Positions 1 through 10,786 of a stretch of 64,000 nucleotides of DNA are shown here, piece by piece; position 1 is the first letter of the stretch; every line of letters begins with the position of its first letter. Source of the DNA: a virus. The notes beneath the pieces were generated by a model. It saw only the letters and a program-made list of their open reading frames with translations. It searched no databases and was not told where the DNA came from. The position numbers and the translations under genes were made by a program. The DNA lies in IMG/VR virus record IMGVR_UViG_3300045988_183796; one strand, 5' to 3'.

Positions 1-1611
1 GTTGTAGTCACTGACCCGAAAGGCGAAATTCACAACGATATGCGTAAACTTTTGGAGTCCCGTGGCTATAAGGTCAAGGTCTTTAACCTTATCAATCTGG
101 ACCTTTCTAATGCGTGGGATTGTGTTCAGGAAATCTATGACCCGATTACTGGTAACATTGATGACCAGCGTGTGATTACCTTTTGTAAGACCGTTATTGC
201 TAACACGGGAGGCGGTGCAAACAGTAAGGGTGACCCGTTCTGGGAAAGCTCGGAAGAAAACTTGTTCCGCGTTGCTGTTTCCTATTGTGCGTATATCCGT
301 GAAAAGAGCTTGATTGAGATTTATGAGCGCCGTGCAAAAGAGCTTTTGACTCAGCTGCCGTATATCACTCAGGAAGATGAGCAATCTCTGATTGAGATTG
401 TAAAGAATCCGGAATCCGCAATGGTGGATAGACGCCGGGTTGTCGAATACCTTGCTCATTCGTTCTACGGTGATGAGGAAGGTGACAGGAAGCTTTCTGA
501 ATGGGAAGAAGATGCTCCGACCTGTAACATCTCTGATATCTATGACGCTCTGCTTCACAACGACCTGGATAAATGGGAAGCAAACTTCAAGTATGTACCG
601 CTGAGCCATCCGGCCGCATCTGCATGGGCAGTGTTTAAGGGTATGGGTGAGCGCGTACAGCCCAACATTGTTGGCGGTTTGAATACTCGACTCCAGCTGT
701 TCATGACCTACAAGGTTCGCCGCGTTATCAGTAACGATGACATTCGCCTGGCAAATCTTGGCGCGGAAAAAACCGCATTGTTCCTTATCATTTCCGATGA
801 TAACGCTTCTATGCAGCTGCTTTCCTCTCTGCTTTTGAGCTTCCTGTTCAAAGACCTGAAAGAAGCTTTCGATGCAGTTGGTGGTGAAGGACGCATCCCG
901 GTCAACGTTGTTGCGGACGAGTTGGCAAACACTGGCGTCTGGCCGAACTTTGAAAAGACGATTGCTACTGCACGTTCTCGTAAGATTGCAGTTTCCCTCA
1001 TTTTGCAGAGTTTGCCGCAGTTGACTCAGTTGTACGGCGAGGAAAACGCCGAAACTATCATCGGCTGCTGCAATACGATGCTGGTTCTGGGCTGTAATGA
1101 TAAGTATACAGCCGAATACATTTCCGATAAGAGCGGCATTGTTACGATTCGCGCCAAGAGCGTCAGCGATACTCGTGCTTCCTCTGCCGGAAATCGCGGC
1201 GTGATGCAAGGGTATTCGCTCAGTGAAGGCGACGGCAAACGCAATCTTGTGAACCCTGATGAAGTTCAGCATTTGGACAAGGAACAGATTTTGATTATGA
1301 CGAATGGCCAGAACATGTTGGAAGCCAAGCGCTTCGGATTTATTCATCATCCTCTGTTCAATGACCCGCATTTTGTCCCCACCAAATGGGCAGAACTTCC
1401 GAAAACCGCAGACCTTTATCCCAATGCCCGGAAACACGACGCAATTGAATCCCGTGAATCGTCGTTCGGTGATATCCAGCGCCAGAAAGAAATCAATACA
1501 GATATTACGCAGAAGCGTTCCGAAGAGCGCATGAAACCGCGTTTGTCCAAGAAAGATTTGCTGGCTACGGATGAACCTGCTCCCAAAAAGAAAAACGCAT
1601 TCAAAAAATAA
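1..1611 (+). CDS. Type IV secretion coupling protein (TraG/VirD4/TraD family), 5'-partial
   Basis: The frame is open from nt 1 (VVVTDPKGEI... upstream of the first Met). The TraG-D_C-like segment ...VADELANTGVWPNFEKTIATARSRKIAVSLILQSLPQLTQLYGEEN... matches the conserved C-terminal region of T4SS coupling ATPases. Confidence 0.8.
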   Translation, partial: VVVTDPKGEIHNDMRKLLESRGYKVKVFNLINLDLSNAWDCVQEIYDPITGNIDDQRVITFCKTVIANTGGGANSKGDPFWESSEENLFRVAVSYCAYIREKSLIEIYERRAKELLTQLPYITQEDEQSLIEIVKNPESAMVDRRRVVEYLAHSFYGDEEGDRKLSEWEEDAPTCNISDIYDALLHNDLDKWEANFKYVPLSHPAASAWAVFKGMGERVQPNIVGGLNTRLQLFMTYKVRRVISNDDIRLANLGAEKTALFLIISDDNASMQLLSSLLLSFLFKDLKEAFDAVGGEGRIPVNVVADELANTGVWPNFEKTIATARSRKIAVSLILQSLPQLTQLYGEENAETIIGCCNTMLVLGCNDKYTAEYISDKSGIVTIRAKSVSDTRASSAGNRGVMQGYSLSEGDGKRNLVNPDEVQHLDKEQILIMTNGQNMLEAKRFGFIHHPLFNDPHFVPTKWAELPKTADLYPNARKHDAIESRESSFGDIQRQKEINTDITQKRSEERMKPRLSKKDLLATDEPAPKKKNAFKK

Positions 1612-1812
1612 ATAGTTTGTTCCTTAACCCCTGGTTACTGATTGTGTGACCGGAGGTTTTCTTTTTCCCTGATTCGCTCCATGCGGGTCAGGAACCACAC
1701 AAATCGACAGCCTCCGCGCGGCGTGTGGTGGACAGTGCCCGAATCCTGCTACCGGGCAGCGACAAATGTCGATAATCTCATATTTCTTTTTAATACAAAG
1801 GAGACAAATACC

Positions 1813-2949
1813 ATGAACGAAAATGAAATGCTGAATCCCACTGCCGTTGAAACCAATGAAGCTGCTGTCGCTGCTGCGCCTGGAGAAAATGTAAACGCCG
1901 CGCCGGTATCTGAACCGCAGGAACCGAAAGAGGCTACCGAAGCAGCTCCCGCCGATGAGGGCGTTGACGAAGAAGTCAATGAGGTTCCTCGTGCGACTCG
2001 CCGCTTCAATGATGATGACTTGGCGATTGGTGCTTTCATTGATGACGGCAACGATATGCTGCATGTCGATATGCCCGAAGACCGCCGCGCTCGTGACCTG
2101 GCTGAGATGCGCCGCTGCGTTGCTGACAACAAGCACGGTCCTCGACGCTTCCTGCAGGGCAAGGTCTTTGGCGTTCGCCCGGTTCAGAACGGCAGCGCTG
2201 TCGTTGAAGTGAGCCGTGGCACGCTGCGCGTCATGATTCCGGCAGAGGACTTCTTCTACTTCAGTCTGATGAAGGGCATTGAGGAGAACGATGCGACTAC
2301 CCGGCAGCGCCGTTATCTGCGTAAGGCAAAGCTGATGAATGGCGCTATCATCAACTTCTGCCCGTACATGGAAGCCAAGTCTGAGGATGGCGAGGTCGTA
2401 TTCGCTGGCTCTCGTCAGGACGCTATGCAGCTCCAGCGCAACCGTCACTTCTTTGGCCGTAATGCGGATGTTCAGAACGGCTCCCGCGCTATCGCTTCTA
2501 TTCTGTCCAGCGGCCCGGATTACGTCATCGCTGAAGCTCTGGGCGTTGAGACCAGCATTGGTGCTGGTGCTCTGTCTGCTTACGAGTATATCGACGATGT
2601 GTCCAAGAAGTTCCATGTCGGTGAAGGCATTCCCGTGGTTATCGAAGACCTGAACGTGGATAACGAAAATGGCACTGTTAGCCTGCGCATGAACCGCGCT
2701 ATCCTGGAACGCCGCGCTAATCCCGCAATGAACATCCACAGCCTGGCTCGCAACGGCGCTTACGGTGCTACCGTGACTTCCGTTCAGGACAACTACTACC
2801 GCCTGATTGTGGATGTTGGCAACATTCAGGCTCGCGTTGCTCGTACCGCTTCCGATGAACTGCTGACTCGCGGCGACCGCGTGACGCTGCTTGTCTACGG
2901 TTACGACGATAAGCGCAACTACGTTTGGGGCGCTTGCCATAAGGCGTAA
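1813..2949 (+). CDS. Hypothetical protein with an acidic N-terminus (conjugation-module associated)
   Basis: ATG at 1813 preceded by AAGGAGACAAATACC. Long ORF with coding-like composition and no motif I recognise. The antisense ORF 1624..2964 is low-complexity A/S/V-rich and was rejected. Confidence 0.55.
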   Translation: MNENEMLNPTAVETNEAAVAAAPGENVNAAPVSEPQEPKEATEAAPADEGVDEEVNEVPRATRRFNDDDLAIGAFIDDGNDMLHVDMPEDRRARDLAEMRRCVADNKHGPRRFLQGKVFGVRPVQNGSAVVEVSRGTLRVMIPAEDFFYFSLMKGIEENDATTRQRRYLRKAKLMNGAIINFCPYMEAKSEDGEVVFAGSRQDAMQLQRNRHFFGRNADVQNGSRAIASILSSGPDYVIAEALGVETSIGAGALSAYEYIDDVSKKFHVGEGIPVVIEDLNVDNENGTVSLRMNRAILERRANPAMNIHSLARNGAYGATVTSVQDNYYRLIVDVGNIQARVARTASDELLTRGDRVTLLVYGYDDKRNYVWGACHKA

Positions 2950-3123
2950 CTGAAACCCGGCCACTTACTTTTTCTGGCGAGTGGCCGGATACCGCGCATT
3001 GTCATCAGCCTTCTCGCGGCGCGTGGTGAGCAACTGCAAAAATTGCAGGCCAATGATGACTCTTGTTGAAAATGAATTTATTAAGTGGTGACGAGGTGAT
3101 TTTTTGTGAGTAGGTGTGCGAAT

Positions 3124-3447
3124 ATGCGGTCGGGAATGTTTCATACGACAATAAATGACACAGAAATTTTTGTTACGTGCAGTATAAATGGGCCATGCGT
3201 CAAACTGACGGTCTCTGCGTTCTTTGAAAGTGATTTATCTGATATTTGCAGTCAGATGCAGGCAATGAAAAGCAAGCCGGTTTTGCTTTCAATGGATGTC
3301 TATAAAAACGGTGTAGTAGCAAACATCAGCGCTATTGGATTATTGTCCAGAAAAGAAAAGGAAGACCAGAATATGCTGATGCAGCTATATCGTAATTGCT
3401 GCGCCGCAATGCTTGTATTGGCTCGGCAAAAGGGGGAAGAAGCATGA
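3124..3447 (+). CDS. Small hypothetical protein, possibly translationally coupled to the downstream gene
   Basis: Its stop overlaps the next start as ATGA (3444-3447). The start is uncertain (GTG 3106 or ATG 3124). Confidence 0.35.
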   Translation: MRSGMFHTTINDTEIFVTCSINGPCVKLTVSAFFESDLSDICSQMQAMKSKPVLLSMDVYKNGVVANISAIGLLSRKEKEDQNMLMQLYRNCCAAMLVLARQKGEEA

Positions 3448-4781
3448 GTAAAGAAGAGCAGAAGCCAAATATTTATCAAATCCCCAAAAACTCGTTTGAT
3501 ACCGGGTATGTGTTGAACGGACAATTCAAAACTCGAAACTTCGTTGAAGGTATCATCCTGGCACTACCGTTCTTGGGAATTTTCATTTATGGATGGCATG
3601 ATTTGGGATGGGATGTACAAAGTACCGTGGCCTATTGCGCAATACTCTGTGCTGCTGCTTTCCTTGGTGCAGCTCATGGTGTTGGCGGCGATAGCTTGTT
3701 TGAGTTTATTCAACGTGTTATCCGTTTCCGGCAAAGTCGCAGAATCTCAAAATACAATCCTCGTATCAAAACCGAACTTGAACCGGAATATCTGATTCAT
3801 GACGGGCGGATGCTCCCGAAAGACAAGCTCAAGCAAATGCTTGGCACTGTAAAGGGAAAAGTTCTTGGTGAAGAGAACGGTCCTATCAGTTCCGACATTA
3901 CAGATGAAGAGCTCAAGGTCTTCTACGATGATGACTATGGGTTCCTAGAAAAACCGGATGCCCTCAAATCTAAAGCAGAACTCCGTGCTGAAGCAAAACA
4001 GCGTGCGAAAGAAGAGAAGGAATACATTAACTCTTTGCCCCGTTCTGAACGCAAGGCTGCCAGAGAAGAAATCAAGCGTAAGCGTGAACAGGAAGAGGCT
4101 GAGAAGAAGGCAAAAGAAGCAGAGCGCGAACGCATTATTAACGAAGCTATTAAGAAGCGTCTGGATAAAGCCGAGCGTGTTAAGACCGCACAGTATTACG
4201 AGAAGTTCATGGACCCCGACAATGAGCAGGAAAATGACAAGCCGGAAGAGAATAACGCTGAACTGAATCCTCAGGCTGTAGAGTTCAAGCCCGTCACTAT
4301 AGGGCCGAGCAATAATGCGGTTCAGGATGATGTCGATATCTTTGACAGTGAAGAAAGCATCGACACCGATGAAGTAGAAGCGAATGTGGAAGCAGATGCG
4401 GATACAGAGCTGTTTGAGGACGGCACTGATACCGATATCCAAGTCCCGCAGATTGATGATGTAGTCTTTGACGATGAAGCGGAAGTACTTGACGTCGATG
4501 AGGACTTGGATGACTTATCGGTTGATATCCAGGATACTCAGTCTGCACAGCCCGCAAAGCAGGGCAGGGGACAAGTCGTGAACAGCGATGACGATGTCAG
4601 CTTGGATGATGTAGACCTTTTCGATGACAGCACGGTCAGCCGCACAGAGGAAAGACCTCAGAACGTCAAAACCTCTGGAAAGACGATGGGCTCGCAAAAG
4701 CAGCCGCAAACCACACAGAACAACAGCGATATTGATTATATGTCCTTGAATGACATTTCTATCTTTGATAGTGAGGAGTGA
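3444..4781 (+). CDS. PrgI/VirB3-like (TcpE-like) conjugal membrane protein with a long acidic/charged low-complexity C-terminal extension
   Basis: ATG 3444 after AAGGGGGAAGAAGC. Two N-terminal TM helices (ILALPFLGIFIYGW..., AYCAILCAAAFLGAAHG). It sits immediately upstream of VirB4, as in Tn916 orf17/orf16. The tail is rich in E/K/D repeats. Confidence 0.6.
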   Translation: MSKEEQKPNIYQIPKNSFDTGYVLNGQFKTRNFVEGIILALPFLGIFIYGWHDLGWDVQSTVAYCAILCAAAFLGAAHGVGGDSLFEFIQRVIRFRQSRRISKYNPRIKTELEPEYLIHDGRMLPKDKLKQMLGTVKGKVLGEENGPISSDITDEELKVFYDDDYGFLEKPDALKSKAELRAEAKQRAKEEKEYINSLPRSERKAAREEIKRKREQEEAEKKAKEAERERIINEAIKKRLDKAERVKTAQYYEKFMDPDNEQENDKPEENNAELNPQAVEFKPVTIGPSNNAVQDDVDIFDSEESIDTDEVEANVEADADTELFEDGTDTDIQVPQIDDVVFDDEAEVLDVDEDLDDLSVDIQDTQSAQPAKQGRGQVVNSDDDVSLDDVDLFDDSTVSRTEERPQNVKTSGKTMGSQKQPQTTQNNSDIDYMSLNDISIFDSEE

Positions 4782-4786
4782 AGCCT

Positions 4787-7447
4787 ATGTTTCGATTCAA
4801 AAATGGCGGAGAAATCCCCCACGGTGTTGTGGAACAGAGTATCGGTACAATCCCGCTGACGAAAAAGGAACGCGATGAAATCGCCAAAGAAGAGCGGCGG
4901 CGGATGAATCAAAAGCTGGAAGCTCAGAATGAGCGCTATCAAATCATTCGAAGCACACAGCGTATCATCCCTATTGAGGATATTTACGGCGGCATTGTTG
5001 TGACAAAGGACCACCGATATATCAAAATCATGGAATTTCGCCCTATCAACTTTGCCTATATGGACGCGGAAACTCAAAACCGTATTATTTCGCTTTTCTA
5101 TCAAACGTTCAAAGCAACTCCCTGCAATATCCAGTTCAAAACCTTTTCTCGTAAAGCTGATGTCGAGAATTCAATCGCGACCGTGACGGACTATTACAAA
5201 GCAGAAAAGAATCCGAGTCGTAAGCGAATGCTGCAGGCATACATCGGATTGCTTCGTAAGACGGCTTTGTCCGTTGGTATTACTCGTCGCTTCTTTGTGG
5301 TCGTAGAATTCCAGCGCACTATTAGTAACGATGGTTCTAAATTTGAAATGGTTGTGGCCGACTTGAATGCCGTTGCGGCAAACGTCCGCTCTCACATGGA
5401 ACAGTGTGGTAATATCTTTATTCCTGCACTTGGTAACCCTGACGGAAACGAGGACGCAGGTCTACACCAGCTTTTTTACCAGCTCTTGAACCGTAGAAAA
5501 AGCGAGACCATCACGTTCAAGCACCACATGGACCCCATTGTGGACCGTTATTTTGAAGCCGAAAAGAATGGCGTTAAGACGTCTTTGCAGGCAACGGAAC
5601 TGATTGCTCCAGACTGGATTGACTTTACGCATCACGATTACATTGTCATTGATGGCAAGTTTTATACTTTCGCTTACATTCCCTCGAACGGGTTCAGCCA
5701 GCGTGTCTATGCGGGCTGGGTGGCTACGTTCGTAAATGCTGGTGAAGGCATTGACGTCGATATGTTCTTTGAGCACATGTCCCGTGAAGCTGTCTTCAAT
5801 AAAATCAGTACACAGCTTCGTCTGAGCCGTGCAAACGCCATGGACAGTCACGATACTGACTCTGACTATCAGGCGCGTATGGAAAAAATTTCGTCCAGTG
5901 AATATATGCTGCGCGGCCTTTCCAGCGGCGAAGAGTTCTATTACCTGTCAATGCTCATCACTATCGTGGCAGATACAAAGAAGGAACTCGATTATAAGTT
6001 CGATGCTTTGAAAAAGCGTATCGAAGGTCAGAGCATGAAGATTCGCCGTGCGGATTTCATGATGGAAGAATGCTTCGATTCCTGCCTGCTTCCTCTTGCG
6101 AAAATCAATAAGGAGCTGGCAAAGAAATCTCATCGCAATCTTCTGACTTCGGGTGTTGCATCCTGCTATCCGTTCATCTCGTTTGAAATGCAGGACCCGG
6201 GCGGCGTTATGGTCGGTACAAACCATGTCAACAACTCTCTGGTCACCATCGATATGTTTGATACCCGTGCTCATGCAAACGCAAACGCCGTTATCCTGGG
6301 CTCTTCCGGCTACGGCAAGACTTTCACCGCACAACTGTTCGCACTACGCTTGTCTGAGATGGACACGCAAGTGTTTATCATCTCTCCTCTGAAAGGTTTG
6401 GAGGACTACGGCGGCGGTTGTAAGGCAGTCAATGGTCAGTTCGTCTCCATGGACCCCTCTTCGGACAACAACATCAACATCATGGACATTCGCGCTCCTG
6501 ACGATGAGGACGCAAAACTGCTGGATGATTATGAGGCTTCTGGCTCCTTCTTGACCAAAAAGATTCACACGATTCTTTCGTTCCTGCACCTGGTTGTTCG
6601 CAATATGACGCAGGAAGAAGAGCAGCTGATTGACGGCTGCCTGTATGCGACATACGCAAAGTTCGGCATTACCCGTGATAACAACTCTATCTACGATAAA
6701 GATGGCAACTATAAGGTGATGCCGCTGTTGGAAGATTTGCAGGAAGAAATGAGAAAAAAACCTGAACTGCATACCGTCTGCAACATCTTGAATCCGCTAA
6801 TTAACGGTTCTATGGCTTGCTTCAATCACCACACCAACGTGGACCTTGACTCCAAGTACATCGTATTTGACTTCAATGGCATGAAAGGCTCTTTGCTTAC
6901 CATGTCTATGTTCGTGGTTCTGGACTTTGTCTGGACGAAAATCAAAGAGGACCGTACACAGCGCAAAGCCGTATTTATTGACGAATGCTGGAAATTGATT
7001 GGTACTGACTCCAACGAGCAGGCAGCTGAAGACGTTGTTGAAATCTTCCGTACGATTCGTGCTTATGGCGGTTCCGCTTTTGCTATGACTCAGGATATTT
7101 CTCAGTTCTACGAATACAAGGGCGGCAAATACGGCAAGGCAATTATTGGTAACGCCGATACCAAAATCATCATGCACCTGATTCCGTCCGAAGCAAAAGC
7201 CCTTCAGGAAGCCATTCAGCTGACCAGCGTTGAGATGGAAGCGGTATCCAGCCTGCCGCGTGGTCAAGGTCTGGTTTGCTCTGCATCCGCAAAACTGTTC
7301 GTTGATTTTGTGGCCGATGACTATGAAGCCAAGGAAATCACAACCGATGCTAAGTCCTTCTACGAACGCCGCAAGGCTCTGGAAAAGAAAAAGCGGGAAG
7401 AAGAAGAGAAGGCGGCGGAAAATACCGTCATCGATGTTGAAATGTGA
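4787..7447 (+). CDS. VirB4/TrsE/TcpF-like T4SS ATPase
   Basis: Walker A ILGSSGYGKTF and Walker B VFIDECW. About 887 aa. RBS GAGGAG about 8 nt upstream of ATG 4787. Overlaps the stop of the upstream gene. Confidence 0.85.
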   Translation: MFRFKNGGEIPHGVVEQSIGTIPLTKKERDEIAKEERRRMNQKLEAQNERYQIIRSTQRIIPIEDIYGGIVVTKDHRYIKIMEFRPINFAYMDAETQNRIISLFYQTFKATPCNIQFKTFSRKADVENSIATVTDYYKAEKNPSRKRMLQAYIGLLRKTALSVGITRRFFVVVEFQRTISNDGSKFEMVVADLNAVAANVRSHMEQCGNIFIPALGNPDGNEDAGLHQLFYQLLNRRKSETITFKHHMDPIVDRYFEAEKNGVKTSLQATELIAPDWIDFTHHDYIVIDGKFYTFAYIPSNGFSQRVYAGWVATFVNAGEGIDVDMFFEHMSREAVFNKISTQLRLSRANAMDSHDTDSDYQARMEKISSSEYMLRGLSSGEEFYYLSMLITIVADTKKELDYKFDALKKRIEGQSMKIRRADFMMEECFDSCLLPLAKINKELAKKSHRNLLTSGVASCYPFISFEMQDPGGVMVGTNHVNNSLVTIDMFDTRAHANANAVILGSSGYGKTFTAQLFALRLSEMDTQVFIISPLKGLEDYGGGCKAVNGQFVSMDPSSDNNINIMDIRAPDDEDAKLLDDYEASGSFLTKKIHTILSFLHLVVRNMTQEEEQLIDGCLYATYAKFGITRDNNSIYDKDGNYKVMPLLEDLQEEMRKKPELHTVCNILNPLINGSMACFNHHTNVDLDSKYIVFDFNGMKGSLLTMSMFVVLDFVWTKIKEDRTQRKAVFIDECWKLIGTDSNEQAAEDVVEIFRTIRAYGGSAFAMTQDISQFYEYKGGKYGKAIIGNADTKIIMHLIPSEAKALQEAIQLTSVEMEAVSSLPRGQGLVCSASAKLFVDFVADDYEAKEITTDAKSFYERRKALEKKKREEEEKAAENTVIDVEM

Positions 7448-7701
7448 TATTTGAAACGTCAAAATGAGGCGAAGGAGCGCTGATTATTATAAAGAATGAT
7501 ACATTTTGAGTAAAGCTGTGAATGTACACGTTAAAATGTGTTCATTTTGCACTTTCAAAATGTGTCATTCTTTTTCTTTTATCCATAAAAAGGCACAATT
7601 CAATTTCACGTAAGCACAACGCTAATGCGTTTAATTTATGGTTCACAAACGGCAAAAGAACACATTGGTTCATTTTGCTAGAAATGAAAGGAGACATTTG
7701 T

Positions 7702-8292
7702 ATGTCTGAGATTCACAATTCCGATATCCGCGAACTGCTGGATGCCATCCCCGTTATTCCCAATGAACTGATGGCCGAGTATCTCACTCGTCAATATCAG
7801 GTCAGCAAAAATATGGCACAGGAAATCATTTACAACGCCTGCCGTAAAGGCTCCAACCGCCGTCCGGCTTGCTATCCTACCAAAGAAGGGTTGGCGAAAG
7901 CCGATTACATCACGATGACGAGCAGTATCCGCAAGCGCTGCCGTGCTTTCCGCGTTGCATGTGAATTTTTGCCGGAGAGTCGTAATTTTACGATTCCCAG
8001 CGGCACTCCCTGGCTGTTGAGCTTCTGCTTCGATGGCAGTGTCTACTATGTTTGTGAATTTGAACGTGGCAACGAACTTATTTTGGGAGACACGATTCGG
8101 AGCCTTGGCATTCGTGAGGATATGATGCCGGTCACTTCCCGTATCGCAATCCTGGCCCCCGGCGCAAATCGAAAGCTTCTGAGTGAATGCGGGATTCGTT
8201 ATTTCTGCATGGTCAGCGACAACTATGACCTGAATGTGACGGAACAAATTGACGACGAGGATGTTTGGAATGGCGTTCCCATCATTAAATGA
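7702..8292 (+). CDS. Hypothetical protein
   Basis: ATG 7702 after GAAAGGAGACATTTGT. The upstream part of the tracked ORF overlaps inverted repeats and a promoter-like region. Confidence 0.5.
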   Translation: MSEIHNSDIRELLDAIPVIPNELMAEYLTRQYQVSKNMAQEIIYNACRKGSNRRPACYPTKEGLAKADYITMTSSIRKRCRAFRVACEFLPESRNFTIPSGTPWLLSFCFDGSVYYVCEFERGNELILGDTIRSLGIREDMMPVTSRIAILAPGANRKLLSECGIRYFCMVSDNYDLNVTEQIDDEDVWNGVPIIK

Positions 8293-9037
8293 TTATAAAC
8301 GTTGCATCGATAAAAACGATGTCAAACGCAACGCCGGTGATGATGCCCCTGAAGCCGAATATCAAGCCCCGGTTTTGTACAATGCATCGACAAAGTTCGT
8401 AAAAAGCAAGCTCAAAAAGGCAGTGGATGCTTTGAAATCGGTTCCGGATGATGTTCCCTTGAAAAAGCTGCCGGATTCCATTCGCAATGATGTCTCGATT
8501 GAGATTCTTAAAGCCGAGCGGTCAATCCTTGTCTCATTTGAGAGTGATGAAGCCCCTGCACCGTATCAGCGAAAAAACATTGCAACGTCAATTCAAAACG
8601 ATTTCTGTATGGTTTCTATCCCTCAAAATGGCTTTCTCAAGCTCCGGTTTTCTTCCTTTTTGCCGCCTTTTCAGCATGAGTGGTACAGCCGCAAGGCAAA
8701 GGCGAAAGACGCTGTTGGGCAGTATTATCTTGATGCCGAATTCGATTACATCACAGAGGCTGCTATCAAGGCATTTATCGCTCAAAATGGGCCAATTAAC
8801 CTGCCTTCCGAACAGCTTTTTCTCGTGTTTTGTCGCGGCGTTTCACCCACGAAAAAGACCCCGATTGACAGCAACAATGTCTATACGGGAGCCATCACAA
8901 ATGCCATTTGCAGGGTGCTCCAACACGGTGATGGATGGGATATGATGAGCTTCCTTTACACTGCAATTCCGACCGAATATGACCCATATTTGGAAGTGAT
9001 TCTTTGCTCAAAAGCCGACCTCTTCCATTGGCTTTAA
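8249..9037 (+). CDS. Hypothetical protein
   Basis: Long ORF with coding-like composition. The start is ambiguous (8249, 8261 or 8270). Confidence 0.45.
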   Translation: MTTRMFGMAFPSLNDYKRCIDKNDVKRNAGDDAPEAEYQAPVLYNASTKFVKSKLKKAVDALKSVPDDVPLKKLPDSIRNDVSIEILKAERSILVSFESDEAPAPYQRKNIATSIQNDFCMVSIPQNGFLKLRFSSFLPPFQHEWYSRKAKAKDAVGQYYLDAEFDYITEAAIKAFIAQNGPINLPSEQLFLVFCRGVSPTKKTPIDSNNVYTGAITNAICRVLQHGDGWDMMSFLYTAIPTEYDPYLEVILCSKADLFHWL

Positions 9038-9209
9038 CGTAGTCCGGTAGTAACATTTTAAGGGATATAAAAGAGTAACATTTTTAGGTGTCATATTTTC
9101 GTTCCCTAGAAATGTTACTCTTTCTTTTTGATTTTACGCGGTACGATATGAATTTCAGCCCTGCGATTCGTATGAGGTACGGAATCGAACGGACAACTTT
9201 GGTGGTACT

Positions 9210-10487
9210 ATGACGAACGAACAAAAGCTTCTCGTATATCTCTATGGCGTTGATTCTATCCAGCACAAGCAGCTTGCCATTGCTCTCTCTGACATCCCAT
9301 ATCAATGCGTTACCAAAGCTCTGAGAGCGGCCAAAAAGCATGGGTATGTTGAGGTCTTTATGAGAGATGAATCGCGGTATGTGCGTATCTCTCCGGACGG
9401 TCTGAAATACATTCGAAGCACTCAAAAAGACGCTCTGGATGTAGACAAGCGGGCGGCTATGAAGCGGCGAATCAAAGGCGAACAAGGACGGCTCACCAGG
9501 GTGGAAACGACACTCTGCATGTGCCGAGCAGCGGGAATTCAGCCTGCCAAGGAAGCTGGTATCAAGTTAATCGATGTGCTTGACCCCGAGCAGGATGCGA
9601 CCCAAACTTTCATGAATGACTTCTTCTATGACAAAGGACTTCTTTTCCTGTCCGATGAAATCTCTGCAACTATCAAGACGAGCACCACAATGGGCGAGGA
9701 GTACACGCTCGGTCAAAGCCGTCTGGTAGGTATCGTAATCAACCGCACAGGCATTTCTTTTCTCTACTGTACGCTCGATAAACTGATGCGATGGGTTGTG
9801 TCTTACGAACAGCGGCGTGTAAGTGCAGTGATGGAACTCTTGAAATCCAGCTCACTTGCGGCAACTGACGAGGACTTCGCAACAATCTGCAATATGTCTC
9901 CTAAGTGCATCGTTATCGGCAAGACCTGCGCTATAGTTCCAAAAATCATTACTGGCGATAAGTATGGCAAAGCAATCGACAGCACTGATATTATCAAAAC
10001 CCATAACGCAACAAGGCTCTTGACGCTCACGAATCTCGAACAAGTCTACAAGTACAGCTATTTCGTTCCAACAAGTTCTATCGGCGTGGAACTTCTTGCT
10101 CGAACAGCAGCTTTAACACGAAACGAACTCAATGAAATGATTTCCGTGTGGCTGGATGAGATGGCTGAAAGCCATACAACCGTTACTACTGGGCGATATG
10201 TTGAAGCATACATCAATGAACAGAAATGCAAAACCATAACGCTGCCGGTCATTGAGTTTGAAGAACTCGAATATCAAAAAAACGGACGAGTGCCTTATCA
10301 TGTCGTTTGTGAGCGAGGAACGCAAGACGGTATCAGCCGGGCACTAGGAAGCAAAGTTCTCGATTTCAAGGATTTTGACAACATCCCAATGCCAGCACAT
10401 AAATACGACGACGACGGAATTCGCCGCGATGGGATTAACCCATTGACGCATAATGGATACAATGAAGAGGAGATGGATGACCAATGA
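9210..10487 (+). CDS. Hypothetical protein, possibly with an N-terminal wHTH
   Basis: RBS GGTGGTACT upstream. A perfect palindrome AAAGAGTAACATTT/AAATGTTACTCTTT lies upstream at about 9069-9121. Confidence 0.55.
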   Translation: MTNEQKLLVYLYGVDSIQHKQLAIALSDIPYQCVTKALRAAKKHGYVEVFMRDESRYVRISPDGLKYIRSTQKDALDVDKRAAMKRRIKGEQGRLTRVETTLCMCRAAGIQPAKEAGIKLIDVLDPEQDATQTFMNDFFYDKGLLFLSDEISATIKTSTTMGEEYTLGQSRLVGIVINRTGISFLYCTLDKLMRWVVSYEQRRVSAVMELLKSSSLAATDEDFATICNMSPKCIVIGKTCAIVPKIITGDKYGKAIDSTDIIKTHNATRLLTLTNLEQVYKYSYFVPTSSIGVELLARTAALTRNELNEMISVWLDEMAESHTTVTTGRYVEAYINEQKCKTITLPVIEFEELEYQKNGRVPYHVVCERGTQDGISRALGSKVLDFKDFDNIPMPAHKYDDDGIRRDGINPLTHNGYNEEEMDDQ

Positions 10488-10786
10488 TAGCGATTCGAGT
10501 ATGTCCAACCTGCAAGCGCAAGTTTGAAGCTCGTGTGGGAGAACCCCAAACTTATTGTGAAGAGTGTCTTGAACTCAAAACCATGAGTGAATCGTCCGTG
10601 TGCTCTTGGTTCTTTGATGACGATGACTTCGATGACGATTTCGATATCTCGGAAGCCGGAAAAGAAGAAAAGGCGGAGACACAAGAGAGAAAGCAGAGTA
10701 GACAAGTATTTGACTTGATTCCGCCGCACAAGGAAAAGACAAGACGCATGGACAACGCTTTCTTCCAGGAAGCATTGAAAGGCTGA
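10484..10786 (+). CDS. Small zinc-ribbon protein with an acidic tail
   Basis: CPTCKRKF...YCEECL gives a C-x2-C...C-x2-C pattern. Followed by a DDDDFDDDFD acidic stretch. Its start overlaps the stop of the upstream gene. Confidence 0.5.
   Translation: MIAIRVCPTCKRKFEARVGEPQTYCEECLELKTMSESSVCSWFFDDDDFDDDFDISEAGKEEKAETQERKQSRQVFDLIPPHKEKTRRMDNAFFQEALKG

Noticed and set aside
1624-2964. 446-aa minus-strand ORF antisense to gene 1813-2949
   Set aside because: Low-complexity A/S/V-rich product typical of the antisense strand of a GC-rich coding region. The + strand gene has an RBS and fits the unidirectional operon.
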